Shown here piece by piece: positions 38,479-49,590 of a stretch of 49,590 nucleotides of DNA. The translations under genes and the position numbers were made by a program. A model generated the notes under the pieces. That model was given only the letters and a program-made list of their open reading frames with translations. It was not told where the DNA came from and searched no databases. Origin of the DNA: Octopus sinensis (taxonomy: Eukaryota); NCBI RefSeq assembly GCF_006345805.1, contig NW_021834353.1, forward strand, positions 1 through 49,590, written 5' to 3'. The number at the start of each line of letters is the position of its first letter. The stretch's first letter is position 1.

Positions 38479-38889
38479 ATCTTTTGAAATATCTAAGTCA
38501 ATTTAAACACCTAGAAGCTTTTTGTGCTGCTCTAGCAAAAACTTCAGAGAAATTTGCAGTAAATATTTTCAGGTGAAAAAAAACGTTGTGTGGTGTCACG
38601 TACGTCACACATTTTTTATCCTCTTCGAAAATTTCAGTATTCTATCCAGGTCTTTTTTTTTTTTTTTAATATTTGCTTCGATAGTCAGACTTTACTGTTC
38701 AAAAGAAATCATTACAATTCTTGTAAATATTCAAGACAGGTTAGGTACTTCGTAGTATATGTCTCTGATTGCCACGTACGTCAACCGACGTTGACCCAGT
38801 GCAGATATTTTAGACGTAGACTAGTGAACAACAATAAAACAACAACATCAACAAACCAACTACGGAATCTCTACGTGGTAGCTTGGCAT

Positions 38890-39855
38890 GTTAGTTAGTT
38901 AGTTAGTTAGTTAGTTAATTTGGCTCAAAAGCAAATAGCAAGGCCATGTAGGAGGACATGGAGTTAAGTACAGGGTGGTGTTCATGTAAAGAGTTCAGGC
39001 CACTTGAGGTCCAGGGAGGCTTTGAACAAAGCGGTCGTCGGCATCTTCACCATCTCGTCTGGCAGCTTGTTCCACGGATCCGCAACCCGGACGGAGAAAG
39101 CTCCTCTCCTTCGATTGAGATGAAATCGTCGCTGGTAGAGCTTTTCGGAATGACCCCGCAGCCGACGCTCTGGAGCAGGAGTGAAGAACAGCTCTTTCGA
39201 GAGGTTACACTTTCCGCTTATGATGTTGTGATCGAGAATGAGATCACCACGGCGGCGGCGTTTTTCAAAAGAATAAAGGTCGAGCGTCCTCAGCCTTTCT
39301 TCGTAGGACAAATTTCTAGAGACCATGAACCATGCGGGTAGCCAGCTTCTGGACTCTTTCGAGATGCTGTATGTCTTTGAGGAGATAAGGAGAAGAGGCT
39401 TGAATCCCATACTCCAATATGGGTATCACCAGCGTGACATAGAGTGGTAGGAATATGGCTGCTGTGAGCATTCCGAATGACCGTCGAATCAAGAACAGAA
39501 TTCCGCGTGCTTTGTTGGCAGCATGGACGCACTGGGCCGAAGGCGAAAAGGAGGAATCCACCAAGATACCTAGGTCCTTTACCTGATCGGTCCTCTCCAG
39601 CAGCAGACGACCCGGCTCGAAATCAAGTTGAGTTGCAGGAGGAGAGCCGACAGGCAGATGACAGCACTTTGACACGTTCAGACACAGGTCCCAATCGTTA
39701 GACCACTTCCAAATTTGGTGGAGGCATCGACGAAGATCCTCTGTATTACCGCGAGGAGCGACCAGTTTGATATCGTCGGCAAATAGAAGGGTGTGTTGCG
39801 TGAGGTCGTCGGGCAGCTACAAATAACCCCCAAATGACGCTCTATCAGCTCAAAA
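38890..39855 (-). mobile_element. Second 5'-truncated CR1/Jockey-group LINE copy
   Basis: Highly similar to 28718-29500, extends further to the FADDIKL motif; frameshift near 39320; (TAAC)n tail. Confidence 0.9.
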
Positions 39856-39856
39856 A

Positions 39857-40027
39857 TAGGCGCAGGAGTGGCTGTGTGATAAGTAGCTTGTTTACCAGTC
39901 ACATGGTTCCGGGTTCAGTCCCACTGCGTGGCACCTTCGACAAGTGTCTTCTACTATAGCTTCAGGCCAACCAAAGCCTTGTGAGTGGATTTGGTAGACG
40001 GAAACTGAAAGAAGCCCGTCGTATATA

Positions 40028-40102
<75 letters not shown>

Positions 40103-40131
40103 TATGTCTGTGTTTGTTCCCCCAACATCGC
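39857..40131 (+). mobile_element. 5' half of SINE family A
   Basis: taggcgcaggagtggctgtg...gaagcccgtcgt + (TG)n. Confidence 0.9.
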
Positions 40132-41439
40132 TAAAATATTGAAGAACACAACTACAACACCATCAAAAGAACACCGGCTTTCTTACACAGGGCAAAGTTA
40201 TCTACAGCACATCTCCAACCGTATTACAGCAAGCAACCTAAAATACTACCATAATACACCACAAACTACTACAACTCTTCCTCAAAAAACACCTTGCTAC
40301 AAAACCTCTTAACAGTAGTACAAGAACATTCCTGAACACTACTACAACAACCTCAAAACATTACTACACCACCCTACAACACTGTTATAACGCCCTAAAA
40401 CACTACGGCAGCGTCCCATACAACTGTAGCATCTTTCAACCCCATAACAACATCAGTAAACGAACGAGGAAACTTTTACGTGATCAACCTGCTATATATA
40501 GCAACCAAATCTCTCTCAAATCACACACTACCATCTGAAAAAACAGAAACCGTGTCATAATGAAGTCATAGATACAGATGGGATGATCATGACTGGAGTG
40601 TCTATAATGATAAATCTGCTTGATGAGAACTCTCCTAAGGCGGGCGCTAACCAACAATAATTATTACTACTACTACCACTACTACTACTATTACTACTAC
40701 TGCTACTACAACATAACCCCACATATCCTGTCCAGTCAGGCACATTTGCAAAGCATCAGAAAAAAACATGTTAGAAAATATATTATAGAAAATTGACAAA
40801 AGGAGAGGAGTAGTTTTCTTAATCAGCGAAAAAGGAAATAATAGAAAGAAATCTTGATGAAACCAAAGAAATTCAGCACGAATAAGGAATAAGAAATCTT
40901 TGCAGTTAAAAAAATACCCAAACAATTTGTTCTGAACAAAGACATGCTTGATAAGATTATTTGAAATTTGTGAGCGATTTCTCAACCAGAAATCGTCTAT
41001 TTGAAACAACTACCGAGTTAAGTCTTCCGGGACACCAATAATGAACATAAATAATATTGGAAGACGTACTAGAAGCAGGAATTGGAACAGCAAGGGAAAT
41101 TGTAGGAATTAAACGTACATTTTTATTGATTTCTCTCATATTATATTCTATAATTTTGCTTTATTATTTGTAATACAATATAGAATATAAGGACGAATAA
41201 TAGATTTAAAAAAAAGAATAGCACAAGGATAATACAACACATCCACAAGCATGGACCACGATGACTTGCGGGAAATTAACCAAGAAAAGCAAAAAGTTAA
41301 ACAACTAAGAAGGATGGATATTGCAATTCTTCAAGTCATCCATTTTTGCTATAAAGCACTTCAGCATTATTCATGAATATATGATATCAGAATATAAAGA
41401 ATTAACTAAACTGACTAGATTCTACACTTGTATTGGCTA

Positions 41440-41696
41440 TCACATTACTTTTTCGAGTCATAAGACTCGTCGGGTGGATTACCAGGTCTCCTTGGCGTAT
41501 AAGCGCCCAAGATCACAATATTTTCTTCAACGGAACACCAGTCCGTGGAAGGTTTACACGTTTACAGCTGAGGTGACTGGGACAACATGAACTGAAGATT
41601 TTCCTTAAGAACATAACGCAACGCCAGGGCCGTGAATCGCAACTACGATCTTGCGATCTTGACTACTACGCCTAACTAATAGGCCATGCGCCTTCA
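41440..41696 (-). mobile_element. Old tRNA-derived SINE (family C-like)
   Basis: Minus strand tgaaggcgcatggcctattagttagg...gcgattcacgg head; related fragment at ~42190-42385. Confidence 0.5.
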
Positions 41697-42481
41697 TCCA
41701 CTGGCTATTAGAAGGAAAATAAACGTGGGTGTTAGAGTCGCTGAAGATGTCACAGATGTGTGACGAAAGATTTCCAGACAGTGGACATAAGATAGAATAA
41801 GAACAATAATAAACGAGTGAAGAACGAATATATAGTGCGGGAGTTTATTTGGCAAGAAAAGAAATACCGTCCCAAGATATAAGAAAAAGTATTGATTCCA
41901 GAAACCAAAAATGCCAGAACTAATCCACCCCATCCCCCGCATATTGTACTGCTTTTTACTTTAAAATTTTACAATCATTATTGTGTAAGATTCAAAGACA
42001 AAGATCTGACATTGAAAAAACATTAAGTTGGAAAAGAGATTTAAGGAAAAATAATCAAGTTGAATCAGAATTGAAAACTTGATTTGGTAATGTTCGAGAA
42101 AAGAATATTTTAATTACTGATAGGTCAAAAAACGGAATATTTTGAAAAGAAATAGGCGCAGAAAACATCATACCAACTGACGAAAGGAGAATAAAAATAC
42201 TGTGTATGCGTTCATGGTGAGGTTATAGTGCACCATTTGCTTTTATCAACTGAAAGGTGGATAAAGGAAGAATGGCCCAAAATTATGAATAAGTAACTGA
42301 AAGGAAGTACCTTGCTCAAGAATACAGCGCACCAATCTGTTCGGGGAATCGAAGTGACAAGCTTATGACTGTGAGCCCAGCATCAAACATGCATATATGT
42401 ATGTATATGTACAGATATACATATATATATATATATATATAATATATATATTATATATATATTATATATATATATATATAT

Positions 42482-42554
<73 letters not shown>

Positions 42555-43055
42555 TATATATATATATTATATATATATATATATGATATATATATATATA
42601 TATATAGATATATATATACATGTATGTATGAATATGTGTATATCATATCATAATTCTCTTAATACATGGCATATTCTTATTGTTATATTTTGTTCACTTC
42701 TTTTGTTATGAATTTGACTCCTTTTTTATCATGTTTACTCTCATGATACATGCATACATATTCACACATATACATGCATATAGACATATATATATATAAG
42801 AGAGAGAGAGAGAGAGAGAGCACTACATACATGTGTGCGTATCTGTTTGTGTGTGTGTGCGTATCTCTATGTGTGTATGTGTGCATATGTGTATGTGTGT
42901 GTGCGAGTGTGTGTATGGATACTTATAGTTAATGTTTGTGCAATGGTTTAATTTCTTTAAACATATTCTCTGTCCTACAACATTTCAAGGACTCTATACT
43001 TGGTGGCTTAAAACAAATCTCTATGTAATATGTATGTGTGTATATATATATATAT

Positions 43056-43154
<99 letters not shown>

Positions 43155-43326
43155 AGAAGTTGAGATAACAACAAACGAAATAGACAAAGGTTTATTGTAA
43201 TCTGGTCTTTTCTCTAAATCAACATGAGAACACATTATCAACACTGTTGTACAGTGAACTGGAATTCCAGCACGAATTTGATGATGACTTTTTCAATACA
43301 GTGATAATATCAAGGTCGGGTCGACT

Positions 43327-43336
43327 CAGTTGATAC

Positions 43337-43395
<59 letters not shown>

Positions 43396-43474
43396 ATATA
43401 CATATATATATACATATACATATATATATGCATATACATATATATACATATATATATACATATACATATATATA

Positions 43475-43505
<31 letters not shown>

Positions 43506-43715
43506 ACATACATATATATACATATATATACATACATATATATATACATATATATACATATATATATATACATATACTTACATATACATATATATACATA
43601 TATATATATACATACATATATATACATATATATACATATATATATATACATATATATACATATATATACATATATATATATACATATATATACATATATA
43701 TATACATATACATAC

Positions 43716-43746
<31 letters not shown>

Positions 43747-43853
43747 CACATATATATATACATATACATATATATACACATACATATACACATACATATA
43801 CATATATATACATATAAATATATATATATACATATATATATATAACGTCAGTA
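43327..43853. repeat. Compound (TA)n/(TACA)n microsatellite (similar tracts at 10060-10600, 18895-19220, 33610-33970, 34530-35090, 42390-42640)
   Basis: Direct observation. Confidence 0.95.
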
Positions 43854-43994
43854 AATCATAAATCCGAAAGAGAAGTACCCACTAAGCTATAGAGCAGTAG
43901 AGTAATTAGATAAAGATGGCTATGGGCGACCGTAGACATCTTTATCTAATTACTTATATATATATATATACATACTTATATATATATATACACA

Positions 43995-44217
43995 TAAGGG
44001 CTTTTCATAGAAAAAAAAGCACCTTTTTGATGTAAATAATTTTTGGTGTTAACATGATCCGATTTGAATTTTATCTTCTACAGAATAAAGAGCACGCCTT
44101 CTTCTATCATACTCTCAATTTTGGTCAACTTGCGATGCGGGGTCTCGAAGGAGATAGTGTTAGTTGAAGGCTACCAAACCTGCCATACACAGACAACTTC
44201 AGCTTTATATATATAGA
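43995..44217 (-). mobile_element. Possible non-autonomous Helitron 5' end
   Basis: Minus strand begins A|TCTATATATATAAAGCTG, a Helitron-like TC start; no 3' CTRR or hairpin found. Confidence 0.35.
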
Positions 44218-44332
44218 TTTGCTACACACTACTTTCCATCCTTAATAATGAAACTTGGTAGATCCAAAAGTTAAACACACAGACACACACACAGATACAC
44301 ACACAGACACACAAGTTGTTATACATATAACA

Positions 44333-45840
44333 ACTCAAGGTGTGGTTATTGAACCTGGCCTTGAAATTACCCTCTGTAAGGCCCACGTATTTCTTCGTTG
44401 AAACGGTGTCTTTAGTGGTTATAGAGTCCACGGCAGCTTCATAGATGATGGTCTCGGACATGCAAGCTCCATTTAGCGGGCACAATTTTTTATTCCTGCA
44501 TGAACAGCTGTTTTCTTGTGGTTTTTGTGTGTTATGTGTGATTATATTTTTAAAATTGGTAGTAGAACTAAAACTAATTTTTAAATTATGTTTATTGAAG
44601 AGTTTCCTATAAGTATGGTTGACTGGAAAATGTCTATCTATCAGTGTTAAGAAATATTTACCTATATTGAAGGTCACCTCGGGTGAGTAAGGGGGTGTAA
44701 ACCAGATGATCTTCCTATTTCTATTTTTCCTCTTCTTTACTGTTGGGCTAGTAACAGGTGTATATTTTATTTTTTCGCTAAATCCACTATCTTTTAAAGC
44801 CTTATTATAAACTGGGGCAACGCTATTAAAAATGTCCTTATCGGAGGAGAGGCTAGAAATTCTCTTACTAATATTTTTAACTAAATTTTTGAATACTATA
44901 GGGGGATGGCATGAATCTACATTAATATAACTAAGTCTATCATTGGGCTTCCTATAAGGCTTATAAATATTCTTATTTAGATCTAAGGAAACGCCTAGGA
45001 AATTGACAACCGTCAGGTTAGTATCTATAGTTATACTAAGTCCGAAATATTTCATTAATTGGATATCCTTCCTAAAACGATCCTGTGCTGGTCCATTTGT
45101 ATTAGCGGTTAAAGCGAGGGCATCATCTTTGTAGATGGCGAAATATACGTCAGGAAATGTCTTACCTAAAGTATCTAGGAGAAAAAATCCAATAAGATCG
45201 CAAATGCCTGCTCCATCATATGACCCCATGCTCACATCGAAAGCACCCTCTGTGTCGGTATTTTTGACCCACTTTGCGTTCTCACTGAAAAGCAAGGTTT
45301 TTCTAACATGGAAGATTATGTCCTTATCATTTGTATTGTTTTCTATGAAATCGCTAGCGAAGACGAGGGCGTTATCTAGCAGTTCTTTAGAGATAGTGGC
45401 ATAAAAATCAACAATATCGAATTGTGTAAACCTCGCTTTTTTCTTATTCTTAATGGCTTTAAACCAGTCTACGACTTCTATACTATTGGACCATTGTACT
45501 AGCCTAGTAGCGGTCTTAATTTTCGCATTTATTTTATCTAAAATTTCTTTACTAATAATCCCAAGTTCTGACTTAGCTGGGTTGATAAGCTCACATTTAG
45601 GGTTGGAAAGGAAGTTCTCTTTGTGGTCTTTAATTGTAATAAAGGCCTCTTTTTGGGGGAGGACTTCTATTTTTTTATTTAATTTAAGTTTAGCGGCGAT
45701 AACGCTAGCTTCTTTATTAATTTCATTATATGTCTGTGGCCTAGCCCTAGTGTAATTATTAATGATGCTGTTGTGTAAGAGTTGTGTATATATGCTGTTA
45801 TCTATCAGGTATAAGTTCTTGGTTTTATCCGAAAAAAAAT
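44333..45840 (-). mobile_element. Penelope-like element RT + partial GIY-YIG, ~500 uninterrupted codons
   Basis: SDKTKNLY, FITIKDHK, LINPAKSELG, QFDIVDFY, MGSYDGA, YKDD, VNFLGVSLD, PYRKPN, WFTPPY, CSC..CPLNGAC, IIY..YVGLTEG.FK.RF..H; hand translation finds no stop between 45296 and ~45855. Confidence 0.92.
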
Positions 45841-45880
45841 ATATATATATATAATGTTATTAATATTTGTCTTTGCTTTT

Positions 45881-46090
45881 AGGCGGCGAACTAGCAGAAT
45901 CTTTAGCACTCCAGGCAAAATGCTTAGCGACATTTCGTCCCTCTTTACGTTCTGAGTTCAAATTCCGCCAAGGTCAATTTTGCCTTTCAGGTCGATAAAA
46001 TAAGTACCAGTAGAGCACTAGAATTGATGTAATCTATTCATCCCCTCCTTCATACTTGCTGGCCTTGTGCCAAACTTTGAAACCAATAAT
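45881..46090 (+). mobile_element. SINE family B
   Basis: ggcggcgaactagcagaatc...gttctgagttcaaattccgcc. Confidence 0.8.
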
Positions 46091-46136
46091 GTACATGCTT
46101 TGGCAGTAGATATACTAAAACTAGAACGATATATTT

Positions 46137-46466
46137 GTGATGCATATATGCCATTTGAATATGGCTAACCCATAAGGGTGGATGCTACTGTAGTTTGTAG
46201 CCCCAGGAAGATATCTCCTCCAGCTGGCTATAGACACACTATCTGTGTCCTGTCAGTATTTGTGAAGGGGAGTCACACGTACCCGAGTTTCGGGTACGTG
46301 TGTATCATGTGTTGAAGACGGGGAGGATGACTCCCCTTCACAAATACTGACAGGACACAGATAGTGTGTCTATAGCCAGCTGGAGGAGATATCTTCCTGG
46401 GGCTACAAACTACAGTAGCATCCACCCTTATGGGTTAGCCATATTCAAATGGCATATATGTATCAC
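46137..46466. repeat. 139-bp inverted repeat (one mismatch) with 52-bp spacer; inverted Penelope pLTR-like
   Basis: 46137-46275 vs 46328-46466; spacer region contains a 13-bp hairpin (46274-46302). Confidence 0.92.
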
Positions 46467-46881
46467 GATGTGTTACCGCTACTGTTTATAACTCGCTCTG
46501 AGATTTATCATTGATATATTTGTGTTTGCTTTCATTAAGTCAGTGATAGTCAGGTTTGCGTTATTTATTACTGTTGTTTTTTTGATAGTCGAGTTTTTAT
46601 CTTTAGGAGCGATTTCCTTTGATCTCTTGCAAAACATTTTATTGTTTGTCATTCTTGAATTATTTCCAGTTTGAGATTGTTATAGTCATGATTTAAACAT
46701 TTTCTTTGGAATTTCCTATTCGTAAATCTTCTACATATTCGCTTTTATTTATGTTTATGTGGTTCTAATTCGATTTTTGTTGACCTGTATTATAAAGGTG
46801 TACTACGGTTTGGATTTGTCATATGTTTTCTGTTATTTGTTTAAATAATTTACACCTCTTAACTTTATTCTCTTGGTTTAT

Positions 46882-46925
<44 letters not shown>

Positions 46926-47059
46926 TCACTCTCTCTCTCTCTCTCTCTCTCTCTTAACTTCCAATCAGTTAAGATCAGAAGCCATGAGAGCCACTAACTG
47001 GCACTGCATGAGGGCAATTATTATTATTCTTGTTTCTGTTGTTGTTGTTATTATTATTA

Positions 47060-47232
47060 AGGCAGTGAGCTGGCCGAATCGTTAGCACGCTGGACAAAAT
47101 GCTTAGCGATATTTCGCCCGTCTCTACGTTCTGAGTTCAAATTCATCCTTACGCGTTGAACACTGGCGTCGATGTAATCGACTCATCCTCTCCTCCAAAA
47201 TGGCTGCCCTTGTGACAAAATTCGAAACCATT
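47060..47232 (+). mobile_element. Internally deleted SINE family B
   Basis: ggcagtgagctggccgaatcgttagcacg...gagttcaaattc. Confidence 0.75.
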
Positions 47233-47913
47233 ATTATCATCATCATCATCATCATTATCATCATCATTACTGTTGTTGCAGTTGTTTACCATGCATTGTT
47301 GTGCTTCACATTTTCATTTCTTTCAAGCGATTTTTTTCCCTATGAAGCATGGGCCATCGACAACTATTATCCGGTGTTATCGGCGCTGGGCTGTCTTTTC
47401 TACATCTCTCCAGTTGGATTCCTGCTTTTCCACCTTTGCCTCAATATTTCGCCTTATATGTTTCCCTGAGGTAAGGCCTCCCTCTCCCAGGTCGTGTTTG
47501 TTTTGAATTGTCATCACTACTTCCATAACTTTCGTTTTCTCTCTTTATTGAGACGTTGGCCCGACGCAAATCTATTTTTACCACTAAGAGGCTGACCAAT
47601 TGAAGGTACCCCCCTGTGAGGATAGATCAGCAATTCTACTTATTCCCGCTACAACTTCAAAATTATATCTGGCAGGTGGTCGAATTTTTACGGATATAAA
47701 TAGTGGTCTAATAGTACTCTGCTTGAGATATACATATACGTGTGTGCATATGTGACGTGAGGGTATTTGTTACGATTGTATAGAATTTAAAGAACAGAAG
47801 AAAAGTACTTATTACCTTATGAGAAATTGGTATTTAGTCAGGTCCGATGGCATGTTACTACGAATCAATCTTATCATTCACTCTCTTTTTAACTCTCTCT
47901 CACTACCTCTCTT

Positions 47914-47971
<58 letters not shown>

Positions 47972-48034
47972 CACACACACACACACACATATATTCTATA
48001 TACATGTACGTACATGATTATTGATACAACTGTA

Positions 48035-48662
48035 TATTTTGGCACAAGCCCAGCAATTTCGGTGGAGAGAGTAAGTCGATTACATCAATCCCAGTGCTCA
48101 ATTGGTACTTTTTTTTGTCGTGCCCCACAAGGAGGAAAGACAAAGTCAACCTCGGCGGAATATGAATTCTGACAGAACGGAAAGACGGACGAAATACCTA
48201 TTTCTTTACTACCCACAAGGGGCTAAACACAGAGAGGACAAACAACGGATGCGCTTCACTTGTTTACCGGTTCGCTGCGGAACGGCGCTGTGGGGACGAC
48301 TCCCTCATAGCACTGGTTTTACATCGACCCCAGTGTGTAACTGGTACTTAATTTATCGACCCCCGAAAGGATGAAAGGCAATGTCAACCTCGGCGGAATT
48401 TGAACTCAGAATGTAGCGGCAGACGACATACCTATTTCTTTACTACCTACAAGGGCTAAGCACAGAGGGGACAAACAAGGACAGACACACAGATTAAGTC
48501 GATTATATCGACCCCAGTGCGTAACTGGTACTTATTTAATCGACCCCGAAAGGATGAAAGACAATGTCGACCTCGGCGGAATTCGAACTCAGAACGTAGC
48601 GGCAGACGAAATATCGCTACGTATTTAGCTCGGCGAGCTAACGATTCTGCCAGCTCGCCACC
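48035..48662 (-). mobile_element. Tandem head-to-tail array of SINE family B units
   Basis: Three units, joined twice at gacga.atacc|tatttctttactacc (~48198, ~48432). Confidence 0.85.
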
Positions 48663-49093
48663 TTGTGTAGGTGTGCGTGCGTGCGTGTGTGTGTGTGTGT
48701 ATTTATATGTATATACTTTGAACGCCAATTCACGCAAAAGTCCCAAGTGAAAGGTTTCTGGAATATTTGCGGTTTTAAACATTGGAGTAAGACTTCTTCA
48801 GGCCTGCATTAAAGGTGCTCTCTTACCTTGAGCGTCCGCCAGGTTTTTCGTTTTGTTATATCGGGAGGAAACAAAATGCAAATAAAAATAAAAATGTAAA
48901 CACATTTGTACAAAGTCGTGATGTCGAAAAGCCACTAAAATGGCAAAATATTGGTATCCAACACTCCTCGATGGGACTGGGGCGAGTTGTTCTCACCTGT
49001 CTATGACTTTCAGGTACTTTAAAACCCAGTGCTATGAGGGAGTCGTCCCCACAGCGCCGTTCCGCAGCGAACCGGTAAACAAGTGAAGCGCAT
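48249..49093. repeat. Perfect 68-bp dispersed inverted repeat
   Basis: 48249-48316 is the exact reverse complement of 49026-49093. Confidence 0.9.
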
Positions 49094-49411
49094 TCATTAA
49101 TTACGTTCGGTCGGTAATGTTTTCAAGACTGGCGCTGCTTTTAATTCATAAGTAAATATATATAGAGAGAAAGAGACAGATAGATAGATAGAGAGAGAAG
49201 AGATGGGGGGATATACACAAAAACACACACACATTTATATATATATATACTATATATATATATATATATATATATAAGGGACAATCGCATTTGTGAACTT
49301 GACAAGCCGGTGTCCTTTGTCAAGTTGTATATTCCAGGTAAGACAAGCACACAAAATTGAAAAAGAACATCTTCATGTACATTGTCAATGTTACATGTCT
49401 GTATGCACATG

Positions 49412-49442
<31 letters not shown>

Positions 49443-49590
49443 TGTGTGTGCGTGTGTACTTTCTGCGTATGTAGCCATATGTATTCCGTTTATACTTCCC
49501 AGCCACCAGGTTCAGGCTATAATAGTCAGTATATCAAAGGGAAAAGCTAAATATAGGACAATGACAAGTCTGTATGTGTGTGAGTCTGTG

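Noticed and set aside
40140-40460. ACT/ACA-rich quasi-periodic region with a Thr-rich ORF
   Set aside because: Degenerate simple repeat with no constant repeat-spacer structure; not CRISPR-like or coding
48745-49085. CTGAAGA...GAAA (-) and CTATGA...GAACCGGTA (+) as hammerheads; AAG|GTAAGA donor at 48827
   Set aside because: Stems do not pair or core boxes are incomplete; a lone donor without a supported exon is insufficient
1-49590. Dozens of YI/CV/HT/SL-rich ORFs in the six-frame track
   Set aside because: Translations of (TA)n, (CA)n, (GA)n and (GATA)n microsatellites or SINE bodies; no domain content

Overview
Repeat-saturated, AT-rich eukaryotic DNA. The SINE families and dense (TA)n/(CA)n/(GATA)n microsatellites point to an octopus genome (inference). 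The only host protein-coding sequence I can support is one minus-strand exon (23716-24499). It encodes a signal peptide plus the start of an ANF-receptor-type extracellular domain (natriuretic-peptide-receptor / receptor guanylyl cyclase family). A candidate non-coding first exon with TATA/Inr lies near 30.6-31.1 kb, and the downstream intron appears to exceed 23 kb. The rest is transposon-derived: a decayed Gypsy (Mag-like) LTR element, two Penelope-like fragments (RT and GIY-YIG), three decayed restriction-like-endonuclease LINEs, two CR1-type LINE 3' fragments, a Tc1 relic, several MITEs and about 20 tRNA-derived SINE copies. The most interesting signal is a set of short, non-coding, (TA)n-flanked elements with type I hammerhead ribozyme motifs. 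Two have an intact core (13266 +, 17832 -), one has a compensatory U3-A8 core (33218 -), and others are variant or degenerate (34051 +, 6652 -). At 33.2-33.6 kb a 58-bp inverted duplication starts exactly at the predicted self-cleavage site. Nearly all ORFs in the supplied track are microsatellite or SINE artefacts. All folds and alignments were done by eye.
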